Source: Alphaproteobacteria bacterium
Lineage (GTDB): Bacteria; Pseudomonadota; Alphaproteobacteria; UBA828
Length of the DNA stretch: 64,000 bases
Direction of reading: 5' to 3'
Assembly: GCA_965214705.1 (NCBI GenBank)
Contig: CBDCCI010000002.1
Coordinates: 1,952,001-2,016,000 of the forward strand
The notes below the pieces were generated by a model, which saw only the letters and a program-made list of their open reading frames with translations, searched no databases and was not told where the DNA came from. Positions 1 through 9,904 of this stretch are shown piece after piece (position 1 is the first letter of the stretch; each line of letters begins with the position of its first letter). A program made the translations under genes and the position numbers.

Positions 1-642
1 CGCGGCGGCGGCAGCGGCGAGGAAGGCGCTGATCTTCTCAGGGTCCTTGCGCCCCGGCGCGGATTCGATGCCGGACGAGACATCGACCGCACGCGCACCC
101 GTGATCCTAATCGCCTCGCCCACGTTCTCCGCATCCAGGCCGCCGGAGAGCAGCCACCCGGTCGATGGCGGCGGCGCGGCCTCGAACAGCCTCCAGTCGA
201 AGGTCCGCGCATTGCCGCCAGGGCGCGTGTCGCCGGTCGTCGCCTTGGCGTCGAACAGGATCAGGTCGGCGCTTTCGCCGTAGTCGTCGGCACGGGCAAT
301 ATCTGAGGCTTGGGACACGCTGATTGCCTTGATGATGCGGCAGCCGGTGCGCGCGCGGATGGCCTCTGCGCGCGCCGGGCTCTCGTTTCCGTGCAGTTGG
401 ATATAGTCGAGTCGCATCTCGGAGAGAATAGCGTCGAGAAAGTCGTCGTCCGGCTCGACCATGACGCCGACGGTCGCGATGCTGTCCGGCACATCCGCGC
501 TCAAGGTCGCGGCCCGGCCTGGTGCCACGTCGCGCGGAGAGGGCGGAAAGAACACGAAGCCCAGGTACCGCGCGCCCCCGGCCAGCGCCGCATCGACGGC
601 GGCACGATCGCTCAGTCCGCAGGTCTTGACCGCAACAGGCAT
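1..642 (-). CDS. trpF: Phosphoribosylanthranilate isomerase (3' end runs off the window)
   Basis: Not in the ORF track; translated by hand from ATG at 642: MPVAVKTCGLSDRAAVDAALAGGARYLGFVFFPPSPR...VDVSSGIESAPGRKDPEKI, typical TrpF N- and C-terminal motifs. Confidence 0.93.
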   Translation of the reverse strand, partial: MPVAVKTCGLSDRAAVDAALAGGARYLGFVFFPPSPRDVAPGRAATLSADVPDSIATVGVMVEPDDDFLDAILSEMRLDYIQLHGNESPARAEAIRARTGCRIIKAISVSQASDIARADDYGESADLILFDAKATTGDTRPGGNARTFDWRLFEAAPPPSTGWLLSGGLDAENVGEAIRITGARAVDVSSGIESAPGRKDPEKISAFLAAAAAA

Positions 643-692
643 GGCCTACCCTATCCCGAATTTCTCGCCACGGCCCCAGCGAGAAACCGGGC

Positions 693-1049
693 TCAAGCGA
701 GGTCCTTGGGCGTCAGCGACACGGGCGCACCCGGCGCCACCGTCGCCCGCTGGGCGCGCACCGTCTCGTCGAGCTTCTCGCGCGCCCGCGCCAGCTCCTG
801 CTCCAATGCGCGCGTGCGCCTGCGGCCCCGGCGCGCCATGCTGCGCACCTTGTGGTCGAGCAGCCAGCGGACCAGGGCGCCGGTCAGGAACCCGACCAAC
901 AGCGCCCCCACTGCCAGCGCCCACATCGGAATCTCGAGGGTGTAGGGGAACGGCGCCACGCTGATGGTCACGGGGCCACGATTCGCCACGGCGAAGGCGA
1001 TGACGATCACCGCCACCGCCCCTGCGATCGCCCAGGCGAGAATCCTCAT
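693..1049 (-). CDS. lapA: LapA/DUF1049 family membrane protein
   Basis: Two hydrophobic helices with an 'FAVANR' motif and a basic coiled tail; usual position downstream of ihfB. Confidence 0.75.
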   Translation of the reverse strand: MRILAWAIAGAVAVIVIAFAVANRGPVTISVAPFPYTLEIPMWALAVGALLVGFLTGALVRWLLDHKVRSMARRGRRRTRALEQELARAREKLDETVRAQRATVAPGAPVSLTPKDLA

Positions 1050-1144
1050 GGGCTTGCTCTTCTGCGCCGCAATGCGCGGCCCGTCAACCGCGCCGTTCGG
1101 CGGTCGTGGTCCCGGACCGCCGCGCGCCGTTCAAGCCGCGGCGC

Positions 1145-1432
1145 TCATGGACGGTTGAGCCGCTCGCGCAGTTCCTTGCCGGTCTTGAAGAACGGCAGGA
1201 ATTTCTTGTCGACCCGCACCGCAGCGCCCGTGCGCGGATTGCGGCCCACGCGCGCGCCCCGCGGGCGGACCGAGAACGCGCCGAAGCCGCGAAGCTCGAC
1301 CCTGTCGCCCTGCGCGAGCGCGTCGCTGATCTCGTTGAAAATTCGGTTCACCACGCGCTGATAATCGCGGTGGTAGAGGTGCTGGTCGGCATGCTTCTCC
1401 GCCAGCAGTTGAATGAGTTCGGACTTTGTCAT
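1145..1432 (-). CDS. ihfB: Integration host factor beta subunit
   Basis: MTKSELI...[13 protein letters not shown]...RVGRNPRTG...[14 protein letters not shown]; rpsA-sppA-ihfB context. Confidence 0.95.
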   Translation of the reverse strand: MTKSELIQLLAEKHADQHLYHRDYQRVVNRIFNEISDALAQGDRVELRGFGAFSVRPRGARVGRNPRTGAAVRVDKKFLPFFKTGKELRERLNRP

Positions 1433-1498
1433 TCCAGAGGCACTCCACCATGTGCACGCTCCCGGCGCATGTGCCGAGTTGCCGAGAACGTCGTCATT

Positions 1499-2410
1499 TC
1501 AGTCCGATAACTCAGGGTGCCAAACGGCGATCAGACCGTCAAGCGCTAGTGTTCGTAGCGGCAGGGTTCGCTTCAGCGCCGCGTCGAGGGTGCCCAGCAG
1601 GCCGCCCTCGTCGCCGGTCGTCACGTCGGTCGCCGGAACGCTCTTCGGCACGCCGTGTGCCTGCGCCAGCCACGCCCGCGCTTCCTCTTCGCCGCCGATG
1701 GCATCGACCAGGCCCGCCTGCACCGCCTGTCGGCCGGTGAAAACGCGGCCGTCGGCCAGCGTCAGCGCCGTCTCGCGGTCGAGGGAGCGCCGCTCCATCA
1801 GCAGGCGGAGAAAATACTCGTAGGTATCGCTCACTACGCTCCGCATGGCCTGGCGGGTCGGGTCATCCAGTTCCTCGTAAGGCATCGGCTTCGCTTTCAG
1901 CGGCCCGCTGCGGATCGCCTCCGCGCGCACCCCGATTTCTTCCAGGAGCGCGGTGAACTCGGCGGTCTGGAACAGGACCCCGATCGAGCCCGTGAGCGAT
2001 GATTCGCGGGCCAGCAAGCGATCTGCGGCCAGCGCCGCCATGTAGGCCGCCGAGGTCGCCGTCGTACCGAGAACGGCGACCACCGGCTTCTTCTCGGCGA
2101 GGGAGCGCAGGCTGAGATAAAGCGCTTCGCCGCCGACCGCCGTGCCGCCTGCCGAATCGAGCCGCAGGACCACCGCCTTGACCGCATCGTCGTCACGGAG
2201 ATCGGTAATGATACGGTCGCGCCCGGGATCGTCCTCGATGAACCCGCTAACCCAAAGCCGGGCCACGCGCTCGCCCTCGTCAAGGGCGAAGGGCATCGCG
2301 CCCACCAGGGCGGCGACGATCAACGCGACGATGGCAAGCGCACGCCAGATTGCGACGCCCCGCTTGAGACGGCGGCGGTCGAGCAACCTGTCTGGTTCCA
2401 GGCTCGCCAT
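1499..2410 (-). CDS. sppA: Signal peptide peptidase SppA (S49)
   Basis: N-terminal TM helix; LRLDSAGG, ATSAAY, TGSIGV and DGRVFTGRQA motifs. Confidence 0.92.
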   Translation of the reverse strand: MASLEPDRLLDRRRLKRGVAIWRALAIVALIVAALVGAMPFALDEGERVARLWVSGFIEDDPGRDRIITDLRDDDAVKAVVLRLDSAGGTAVGGEALYLSLRSLAEKKPVVAVLGTTATSAAYMAALAADRLLARESSLTGSIGVLFQTAEFTALLEEIGVRAEAIRSGPLKAKPMPYEELDDPTRQAMRSVVSDTYEYFLRLLMERRSLDRETALTLADGRVFTGRQAVQAGLVDAIGGEEEARAWLAQAHGVPKSVPATDVTTGDEGGLLGTLDAALKRTLPLRTLALDGLIAVWHPELSD

Positions 2411-2451
2411 CTCCCTCCTGGATCGCGGCCTAGAGGGTCAAGGTGCGCGCC

Positions 2452-4209
2452 TCAGCTCTCGTCGTCGGACGCGTCCTTGGCCTCCGCCGCGCGCGCGGCC
2501 TCCTCCTGCGTCTTGCGGTCGAGCGCGGCGCCGAGGATGTCGCCGAGGCTCGCGCCGCTGTCGGTCGAGCCGTACTCCTCCATCGCCTGCTTCTCTTCCT
2601 GGACCTCCAGGGCCTTGATGGAGAGCGTGACGCGCCGGTTGTTGCGGTCGATCTGTAGCAGCTTGGCGTCAACCTTGTCGCCCGCCGCGAAGCGCGAGGG
2701 GCGCTGCTCGTCACGGTCGCGGGCGAGCTCGGAGCGCTTGATGTCGCCGGGCAGCGATCCGAAGATTTCGACCTCGACGCTGTGCTCGTGCACCGCGGTG
2801 ACGGTGCAGGTCACGGTCTGGCCACGCCGCGCGTCCGCGCCCTGGAAGGGATCGTCGTCAAGCTGCTTGAGGCCCAGTCCGATTCGCTCCTTCTCGACGT
2901 CGACGGTCAGCACCTTGGCCTTCACTTCGTCGCCCTTCTTGTACCGTTTCAGGGCCTCCTCGCCGGGCGTCAGCCAGTCCAGGTCGGAGAGGTGCGCCAT
3001 GCCGTAAATCTCGCCCTGCAGCTCGACGAACAGGCCGAACTCGGTGATGTTCTTGATCTCGCCCTCGACGATCGCGCCCTCCGGATGGGAGTCGGCGAAG
3101 ACGATCCATGGGTTGTCCAGGCACTGCTTGAGGCCGAGGCTGACCCGGCGCTTCTCGGGATCGACGTCGAGCACCATCACCTCGACCTCCTGGCTGGTCG
3201 AGATGATCTTGCCCGGATGCACGTTTTTCTTGGTCCAGCTCATTTCGGAAACGTGGACCAGACCTTCGACGCCCGGCTCCAGCTCCACGAACGCGCCGTA
3301 ATCGGTGATGTTCGTCACCCGGCCGGTGAACTTGGTCCTGACCGGGTACTTGGCCTCAACACCCTCCCACGGATCGGCCTCGAGCTGCTTCATGCCGAGG
3401 GAGATACGCTGGGTCTCCGGATTGAAGCGGATCACCTGGACGTTGACGGTCTGGCCGATCTGCAAGGCGTCGGCCGGATGGTTGACCCGGCGCCACGAAA
3501 TGTCGGTCACGTGCAGCAGGCCGTCCACGCCACCGAGATCGACGAAGGCTCCGTAGTCGGTGATGTTCTTGACCACGCCCTCGAGAATTTGGCCCTCGTG
3601 CAGGTTGGCGATCAGCTCGTTGCGCTGCTCGGCACGGGTATCTTCCAGAACGGCGCGGCGGGAGACAACGATATTGCCGCGCCGGCGGTCCATCTTGAGG
3701 ATCTGGAACGGCTGGTCCGTGCCGACCAGCGGCGCGATGTCGCGCACCGGGCGGATATCGACCTGACTACCCGGCAGAAACGCCACGGCGCCGTCGAGAT
3801 CAACCGTGAAGCCGCCCTTGACCCGGCCGAAGATGACCCCAGAAACCCGCTCGCCGTCCTTGTAGGCCTGCTCCAGCTTCTCCCAGGCCTCCTCGCGGCG
3901 CGCCCGCTCGCGGCTGAGCGAGGCCTCGCCGCGCGCGGTCTCGAAGCGCTCGATATAAACCTCGACCTCGTCGCCGACCTTGACCTCGGCCGCCTGCCCC
4001 GGTGCGGAAAACTCCTTGAGCGGGACCCGGCCTTCCACCTTGAGGCCGACATCGATGAGGGCTGCGTCGTTCTCGATGGCGAGAACGGTGCCCTTGACGA
4101 CGCTCCCCTCGAAGCGGGGCTTGTCGTCGAGGAACGAGTCGAGCATGTCGGCGAAGGACTCTTTGGGCGCGCCGGCCTGCTCTGTTGCTTCCGTTGTCTC
4201 TGCTGTCAT
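2452..4209 (-). CDS. rpsA: 30S ribosomal protein S1
   Basis: Repeated S1 domains (NITDYGAFVDLGGVDGLLHVTDISW; GLVHVSEMSW); start placed at ATG 4209 (MTAETTE). Confidence 0.97.
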   Translation of the reverse strand: MTAETTEATEQAGAPKESFADMLDSFLDDKPRFEGSVVKGTVLAIENDAALIDVGLKVEGRVPLKEFSAPGQAAEVKVGDEVEVYIERFETARGEASLSRERARREEAWEKLEQAYKDGERVSGVIFGRVKGGFTVDLDGAVAFLPGSQVDIRPVRDIAPLVGTDQPFQILKMDRRRGNIVVSRRAVLEDTRAEQRNELIANLHEGQILEGVVKNITDYGAFVDLGGVDGLLHVTDISWRRVNHPADALQIGQTVNVQVIRFNPETQRISLGMKQLEADPWEGVEAKYPVRTKFTGRVTNITDYGAFVELEPGVEGLVHVSEMSWTKKNVHPGKIISTSQEVEVMVLDVDPEKRRVSLGLKQCLDNPWIVFADSHPEGAIVEGEIKNITEFGLFVELQGEIYGMAHLSDLDWLTPGEEALKRYKKGDEVKAKVLTVDVEKERIGLGLKQLDDDPFQGADARRGQTVTCTVTAVHEHSVEVEIFGSLPGDIKRSELARDRDEQRPSRFAAGDKVDAKLLQIDRNNRRVTLSIKALEVQEEKQAMEEYGSTDSGASLGDILGAALDRKTQEEAARAAEAKDASDDES

Positions 4210-4318
4210 CTGATCTCCGGAATGGTCGGTGGGCACTTTCGCGCAAGGCTTGCCCGGCATAAGCCGCGGGCCGTGACGGGTGAGCGCGTTTCCGCGGCGT
4301 GGGTTCCGCTACGTACCG

Positions 4319-4972
4319 CTACGTGGAGGAAAGACGCGAGTCGACGATTGCCGCCGCCTGCCCGAACACCTCATCGGGTCCGAGAGCGGTGGTGTCGATC
4401 CGACTTGCGTCTGCCGCCGGCTTCAACGGTGCGGCGCTACGCCGGCTGTCGCGGACGTCGCGAGCGATTATTTCTTCCAAAACACTGGATTCTATACTCT
4501 CGACGCCGCGCGATCGCAACTCACAAAGGCGGCGCTCCGCCCGCACTTCGGCGGTTGCCTCCAGGTAGAACTTCACTTGCGCCTCCGGGCAGACGACGGT
4601 GCCGATATCCCGTCCGTCCAGCACGGCGCCCGGCGGCGCGGCGGCGAAGGTCCGCTGATAGTCGAGCAGAGCCCGTCGCACAGCGCCGTGGGTCGCGACC
4701 ACCGATGCCGCCTGCCCCACATCTTCTTCGCGCAGCGCAGGATCGTCGAGGTCGGCGGCCGTGACATGACGCGCCGCCGCTGCCGCTTCCGCCTCCCGTG
4801 CTGGGTCGCTGTTTGCGCGCAGCAGGCGCAGTGCCGTCGCGCGATAGAGCGCGCCGGTATCGAGGTGCCGCAGCCCGTAGTGCGACGCGAGGCGGCGCGC
4901 GAGGGTGCCCTTCCCCGCCGCCGCAGGACCGTCGACCGCGATGACCAGCGGCGCCGGCTCACTGCGCGACAA
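4319..4972 (-). CDS. cmk: Cytidylate kinase
   Basis: IAVDGPAAAGKGT P-loop, LDTGALYRA, DGRDIGTVV; aroA-cmk-rpsA order. Confidence 0.96.
   Translation of the reverse strand: MSRSEPAPLVIAVDGPAAAGKGTLARRLASHYGLRHLDTGALYRATALRLLRANSDPAREAEAAAAARHVTAADLDDPALREEDVGQAASVVATHGAVRRALLDYQRTFAAAPPGAVLDGRDIGTVVCPEAQVKFYLEATAEVRAERRLCELRSRGVESIESSVLEEIIARDVRDSRRSAAPLKPAADASRIDTTALGPDEVFGQAAAIVDSRLSST
4491..4519 (-). promoter_or_regulatory. Putative sigma70 promoter for rpsA inside cmk
   Basis: Minus strand TTGCGA-N17-TATAGA in an AT-rich patch of the cmk CDS; E. coli rpsA promoters also lie within cmk. Confidence 0.5.
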
Positions 4973-6287
4973 TCGAGGCTCCCAGACGATTCATGTCGGC
5001 GACGAAGCCCGGATAGCTGGTGCCGATCATCGACCCGTCGTCGACGGTCATGGGCTTCCCGCTCGCCATGCCGAGGGTAAGAAAGGCCATGGCGATGCGA
5101 TGATCGAGGTGCGTCGCCACCAGGCCCCCGCCGGGCGGCGGGCCGCCGCATCCCTCGATATCGAGCCCGTCGTCCCGCTCGATCACTGTCACACCGGCGG
5201 CACGGAGACCCGCGGCGGTCGCGCCCAGCCTGTCGCTCTCCTTGACGCGCAGCTCGGCAAGCCCGTTGAGCCGTGTGGTGCCCTCGGCGCAGGCGGCGAT
5301 CACGCTCAGGATGGGATACTCATCGATCATGCTGGGCGCCCGCACGGCCGGCACGTCGACCCCGCGCAGCGGGCCGGCGCGCACCGCGATATCGGCAAGC
5401 GGCTCGCCCCCCAACTCGCGACGCGGCCCCATTTCGATCCTGGCACCCATCTCGCGCAGGGTCTTGAACAGGCCGATCCTGCCGGGATTGACGCCCACCC
5501 GGCGGATTACGATGTCGGAGCCGGGCACCATCAAGGCGGCAGCCATCGGAAACGCCGCAGCGCTCGGGTCGCCCGGCACGGTAAGCACGCAAGGCTGGAG
5601 CTCCGGATAGCCGGTGACGGCGATGACGCTGCCGCCGTCCGCGTGTGCTTTCACGCCGACCCGCGCGCCGAAGCGGCGCAGCATGCGCTCGGTGTGATCG
5701 CGGCTCGGCGCAGGCTCGATCACACGGGTCTCCCCCGGCGCATTGAGACCGGCGAGCAGCACCGCCGACTTCACCTGCGCCGACGCTACCGGCAGCCGAT
5801 ACTCGATGGGCAGCGGCTGGTCGGCGCCGATCAGCGCGAAGGGCAACCGGCCGCCGCTGCGGGCCTCGAAACGCGCGCCCATCCGCTCCAGCGGCTCGAT
5901 GATCCGGCCCATCGGCCGCTGTCGCAGCGAGGCATCGCCGGTCATGAAGGCGGTGAACCCGTGGCTCGCGCAGATACCCGCAAGCAGGCGCACCGCGGTG
6001 CCGGAGTTGCCGAGGTCGAGCACCGCGTCGGGCTCGGCCAGCCCGCCGACGCCGACCCCATGCACGTGCCAGCTTCCGTCATCGGCCGGCCCGATGGTCG
6101 CCCCGAGAGCGCGGAGCGCAGCCGCGGTCGCCGCCACGTCCTCCCCCTCCAGGAGGCCACTGACGCGAGTCTCGCCGACCGCGAGCGCGCCAAGCATGAG
6201 CGCACGGTGGGAGATGGACTTGTCGCCGGGCACCGAGCAGGTTCCCTTCAACGGGCCGGCAGCCGAGGAGATCAGGGGGTCTGGCAC
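4959..6287 (-). CDS. aroA: EPSP synthase (3-phosphoshikimate 1-carboxyvinyltransferase)
   Basis: VPGDKSISHRA, LGNSGT, SAQVKSA, RDHTERML, LRVKESDR, DHRIAMAF; start probably GTG 6287. Confidence 0.96.
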   Translation of the reverse strand: MPDPLISSAAGPLKGTCSVPGDKSISHRALMLGALAVGETRVSGLLEGEDVAATAAALRALGATIGPADDGSWHVHGVGVGGLAEPDAVLDLGNSGTAVRLLAGICASHGFTAFMTGDASLRQRPMGRIIEPLERMGARFEARSGGRLPFALIGADQPLPIEYRLPVASAQVKSAVLLAGLNAPGETRVIEPAPSRDHTERMLRRFGARVGVKAHADGGSVIAVTGYPELQPCVLTVPGDPSAAAFPMAAALMVPGSDIVIRRVGVNPGRIGLFKTLREMGARIEMGPRRELGGEPLADIAVRAGPLRGVDVPAVRAPSMIDEYPILSVIAACAEGTTRLNGLAELRVKESDRLGATAAGLRAAGVTVIERDDGLDIEGCGGPPPGGGLVATHLDHRIAMAFLTLGMASGKPMTVDDGSMIGTSYPGFVADMNRLGASIVAQ

Positions 6288-6407
6288 GTGCTCTCCGGCG
6301 CAGTCCTCGCGGCGCGCGCGTGGCGTGGCAATGGCGTCGGACACGCCCCGTCTCTAGCACAGCGCCGGGTGGCGTCAAGCGGTCCGAATTCGAACCAAAT
6401 TTTGGTT

Positions 6408-6436
6408 TTGACAGGGGGGCGCCAAACTGGCATTGG
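6408..6436 (+). promoter_or_regulatory. Putative sigma70 promoter upstream of the TIGR02300 gene
   Basis: TTGACA-N17-CATTGG in an AT-rich divergent intergenic region; the -10 is weak. Confidence 0.4.
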
Positions 6437-6476
6437 CGACGGTCATAATTGAAATAAGAGTATGGGAGGCATGGGC

Positions 6477-6800
6477 TTGGCAAAGCGGGAGTGGGGTAAC
6501 AAACACACCTGCGTGGCCTGCGGCGCGAAGTTCTACGACTTGCATCGCAGACCAATCGAATGTCCCAAGTGCGGCACCGTGGTCGAGGTCGAGACCGCGC
6601 GGCCGAATCGGCGCCGCCCGCCGGCGCAGCCGGAACCGCCGCCACCACAGGCGCCGCCCGCCAATGACGACGATGTCGCGGCAAGCGCGGTGGATGAGGC
6701 CACCGACGATGACGACGACATGATCGACGACATCGATCACGGCGATGACGGTCTGGTCGAAGGCATCGACAAGAGGGAGCCGACACAGGCGGAGTCTTGA
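6477..6800 (+). CDS. TIGR02300/FYDLN acid domain protein
   Basis: AKREWGNKHTCVACGAKFYDL...CPKCG zinc ribbon plus acidic tail; GGAGG RBS upstream of TTG 6477; usual position divergent from aroA. Confidence 0.9.
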   Translation: MAKREWGNKHTCVACGAKFYDLHRRPIECPKCGTVVEVETARPNRRRPPAQPEPPPPQAPPANDDDVAASAVDEATDDDDDMIDDIDHGDDGLVEGIDKREPTQAES

Positions 6801-6895
6801 CCCGCGGCGGACCGTGCCTAATTCTTGTTTCACCTTGCGTCGTGAGTAGCGGAGCGCCTAGGGTTCCACCCGCCGCGCGGCGCGCCCGGAATTGC

Positions 6896-6971
<76 letters not shown>

Positions 6972-6996
6972 TTCCGGCCGCCGAGGTGGCGCTAGC

Positions 6997-7686
6997 GTGA
7001 GCGCCCAGAAGAACATTCTGATCGTCGACGACGACCAGGCGCTGCGCCAGTCCCTCGCCGAGCAGCTCCACATGTACGAGGAGTTTTCGGCGAGCGAAGC
7101 GGGGACCGGTCGCGCGGCTCTCGATGCGATCAAGAGCGGCCGCTTCGATCTAATCCTGCTGGATCTCGGCCTGCCTGACATGGACGGCCGGGAGCTCTGC
7201 AAGCTCATGCGGCGCAGCGGCATCGCGGTGCCGATCATCATGCTGACCGCCGCCGACAGCGAGGCGGACACCATTCTCGGCCTGGATTCAGGTGCCAACG
7301 ACTACGTCACCAAGCCCTTCCGCCTCGGCGCCCTGCTCGCCCGCATCCGTGCCCAGTTGCGCCAGCACGAGCACAGCGAGGACGCGACCTTCACCATCGG
7401 CGAGTTCACCTTCAAGCCCGCGTCGAAGCTCCTGCTCAAGCCCGACGGCAAGGGCAAGATTCGCCTGACCGAGAAGGAAGCCGCGATCCTCAAGTACCTC
7501 TATCGCGCGCGTGACCGGGTGATCGCCCGCGACGTGCTGCTGAGCGAGGTGTGGGGCTACAACGCGAACGTCGCGACCCACACGCTGGAGACCCACATCT
7601 ACCGGCTGCGCCAGAAGATCGAGGACGAGCCCTCCGATCCCCGTCTGCTGATCACCGAGGGCGGCGGTTACCGATTGGTGGCATAG
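6997..7686 (+). CDS. OmpR/PhoB-family response regulator
   Basis: ILIVDDD, LLDLGLPDMDG, DYVTKPF receiver plus winged helix (THTLETHIYRLRQKIE...GGYRL); GTG start. Confidence 0.93.
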   Translation: MSAQKNILIVDDDQALRQSLAEQLHMYEEFSASEAGTGRAALDAIKSGRFDLILLDLGLPDMDGRELCKLMRRSGIAVPIIMLTAADSEADTILGLDSGANDYVTKPFRLGALLARIRAQLRQHEHSEDATFTIGEFTFKPASKLLLKPDGKGKIRLTEKEAAILKYLYRARDRVIARDVLLSEVWGYNANVATHTLETHIYRLRQKIEDEPSDPRLLITEGGGYRLVA

Positions 7687-7716
7687 CGGTTACGCTGCCG
7701 TCGCGGGCGGCAGCAA

Positions 7717-8511
7717 TCAATCGACCAAAAAATCCTTGAGCGCGTCGAGGGTCGCGTCGGGCTCTTCGTCGAGCATGATGTGGCCGGCTTGTGGAATCAC
7801 CACCGTGGTCGCATCCGGCAACATCCCGGCGAGCGCCCGCCCGCGCTTCGCCGGCGTCATCAGGTCGCGTGCGCCGATGACCACCAGTGTCGGGCAGGCG
7901 ACGGCCGCGGCGGCCGCTTCGCCGTCCTCGTAAGCGTTGGTCGCGACCAGGTCGTTGTGCAACACGCCGGGCGCCGCACGCTCGAGGGTGCGCAACCCAC
8001 CGCCGGTCATCCAGATCCCCGGCATCTTGTGGACGCCGTAATGCGCGCGCCGGCCATAGCCCCAGCCGGTGAGAAGCTCGAGCGCGTGGTGGTCGTCCGC
8101 AGCTGAGCTGTCGAGCAGGAGGTCGTTGACCGGGATCGCGGGCGCCGCGCCGAGCAGCGCGAGCTTGCGGACTCGCGTGCCGTGGCGCGCCGCCGCATCC
8201 ATCGCAACCAGGGCGCCCATGCTGTGGCCGACCAGGTTGGCCTCGCCGACCTCCGCCGCATCCATGAGCGCAACGAGCCAGTCCGCCATCGCCGGGATGG
8301 TGGGGCGCGGCGGCCCGTCCGAGCGGCCGTGGCCGGGCAGGTCGATCGCCAGCACGCTGCCGCCGTTCCAGGCAAAGTAGCGCGCCTGCAATTTCCAGAC
8401 CGTATGATCGAAGGCGGCGCCGTGCACGAATATCGTCACCGGCAGGCTGGGATCGAACGCCCGGCCGCCGGTGGCGGCGAAGGCCGTCGCGCCGTTGACC
8501 CTGATATCCAC
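7717..8511 (-). CDS. Alpha/beta fold hydrolase
   Basis: FVHGA, DLPGHGRS, GHSMG nucleophile elbow, C-terminal AGH; GTG start just after the metY stop. Confidence 0.88.
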   Translation of the reverse strand: MDIRVNGATAFAATGGRAFDPSLPVTIFVHGAAFDHTVWKLQARYFAWNGGSVLAIDLPGHGRSDGPPRPTIPAMADWLVALMDAAEVGEANLVGHSMGALVAMDAAARHGTRVRKLALLGAAPAIPVNDLLLDSSAADDHHALELLTGWGYGRRAHYGVHKMPGIWMTGGGLRTLERAAPGVLHNDLVATNAYEDGEAAAAAVACPTLVVIGARDLMTPAKRGRALAGMLPDATTVVIPQAGHIMLDEEPDATLDALKDFLVD

Positions 8512-8513
8512 GG

Positions 8514-9821
8514 CTAACGGCCCTTCGCGGCGCGTGCGGCCGCGCGAAGGCCGCGTTCGAGATCGGTGATCAGGTCCCCCGGGTCTTCCAGCCCGATGGA
8601 GAGCCGCACCATGTCCTCGCCGACGCCCGCGGCCTCCAGTGCCGCCGCGTCCATCTGCTGATGAGTGGTGCTGGCGGGATGGATGACGAGGCTCTTGGCA
8701 TCGCCCACGTTGGCCAAGTGCGAGAGCAGTTCCACCGCCTCGATGAAGGCCCGCCCGGCCTCGCGACCACCTTTCACGCCGAAGCAGAAGATTGCGCCTG
8801 AGCCCTGAGGCAGCAGGGTTTTCGCGCGCTCGTGATCGGGGTGTGAGGGGAGCTCCGGGTAGCTCACCCACGAGACGGCATCGTGCTCATCGAGGAAGGC
8901 CACGATCTTGCGCGCATTCTCGACATGGCGCGCCATACGGACCGGCAGGCTCTCGACACCCTGGAGAATGTGAAAGGCGTTGGTTGGGCTCATGCACGCC
9001 CCAAAATCCCGCAGGCCCTCTGCCCTGGCGCGCGCGATGAAGGCAGCCGGGCCGAACTCTTCGGCGAAGTCGATGCCGTGATAGCCGAGATAGGGCTCGG
9101 TGAGAGTCGGGAACTTGCCCGAAGCCTCCCAGTCGAATTTTCCGGCGTCGACGATGACGCCGCCGATGGCGACCCCGTGCCCGCCCAAGAACTTCGTCGC
9201 CGAGTGCATGACGATGTCGCAACCGTGCTCGATCGGGCGGCAGAGGCAGGGCGTGGCGAAGGTGCTGTCGATCATCAGGGGAACGCCGGCCTCGTGGGCG
9301 ATGGCAGCGACCGCCGGCATGTCCATGATCTCCAGGCCGGGGTTGCCCAGCGTCTCGCCGAAGACGAGCCGCGTCTCCGCTCGGATCGCCGTGCGGAACC
9401 CCTCGGTGTCGCGGGGATGGACGAAGGTCGTTTCGATCCCGAAGCGCGGCAAGGTGTGGGTGAAGAGGTTATGGCTGCCGCCGTAGATCGACGCGGACGA
9501 GACGATGTGCCCGCCGGCATCCATCAGGGTCGCGACCGCGAGATGAAGCGCCGCCTGCCCGCTCGCGGTGCAGACCGCCCCGACGCCCCCTTCCAGCGCA
9601 GCGACGCGCTCCTCCAGCACCGCGACCGTCGGGTTCGAGATGCGCGTGTAGATGTGGCCAGCCCGCTCTAGATTGAACAGCGAGGCCGCCTGCTCGGTGT
9701 CGTCGAAGACGTAGGAGGTGGTCTGGTAGATCGGCACCGCGCGGGCGCCGGTCGTCGGGTCCGGCTTCTGGCCCGCGTGCAGGCTCAGTGTGTCGCGCTT
9801 GAAGGCCAGTGGATCAGCCAT
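8514..9821 (-). CDS. metY: O-acetylhomoserine aminocarboxypropyltransferase/sulfhydrylase
   Basis: VPIYQTTSY, IYTRISNPT, HSATKFLGGHG (PLP lysine), LANVGDAKSLVIHPASTTHQQ. Confidence 0.9.
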   Translation of the reverse strand: MADPLAFKRDTLSLHAGQKPDPTTGARAVPIYQTTSYVFDDTEQAASLFNLERAGHIYTRISNPTVAVLEERVAALEGGVGAVCTASGQAALHLAVATLMDAGGHIVSSASIYGGSHNLFTHTLPRFGIETTFVHPRDTEGFRTAIRAETRLVFGETLGNPGLEIMDMPAVAAIAHEAGVPLMIDSTFATPCLCRPIEHGCDIVMHSATKFLGGHGVAIGGVIVDAGKFDWEASGKFPTLTEPYLGYHGIDFAEEFGPAAFIARARAEGLRDFGACMSPTNAFHILQGVESLPVRMARHVENARKIVAFLDEHDAVSWVSYPELPSHPDHERAKTLLPQGSGAIFCFGVKGGREAGRAFIEAVELLSHLANVGDAKSLVIHPASTTHQQMDAAALEAAGVGEDMVRLSIGLEDPGDLITDLERGLRAAARAAKGR

Positions 9822-9904
9822 TGCCTCTTTCCCCGGTGCGCCGATACGGCTCAGGCCGCCGCCCGGCGCGAGGCTCTGCCATCCGTGCTACGTTGGCAAG
9901 CGTC

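Noticed and set aside
2782-4764. 660-aa plus-strand ORF
   Set aside because: Antisense shadow of rpsA/cmk caused by high-GC codon bias; no recognisable motifs
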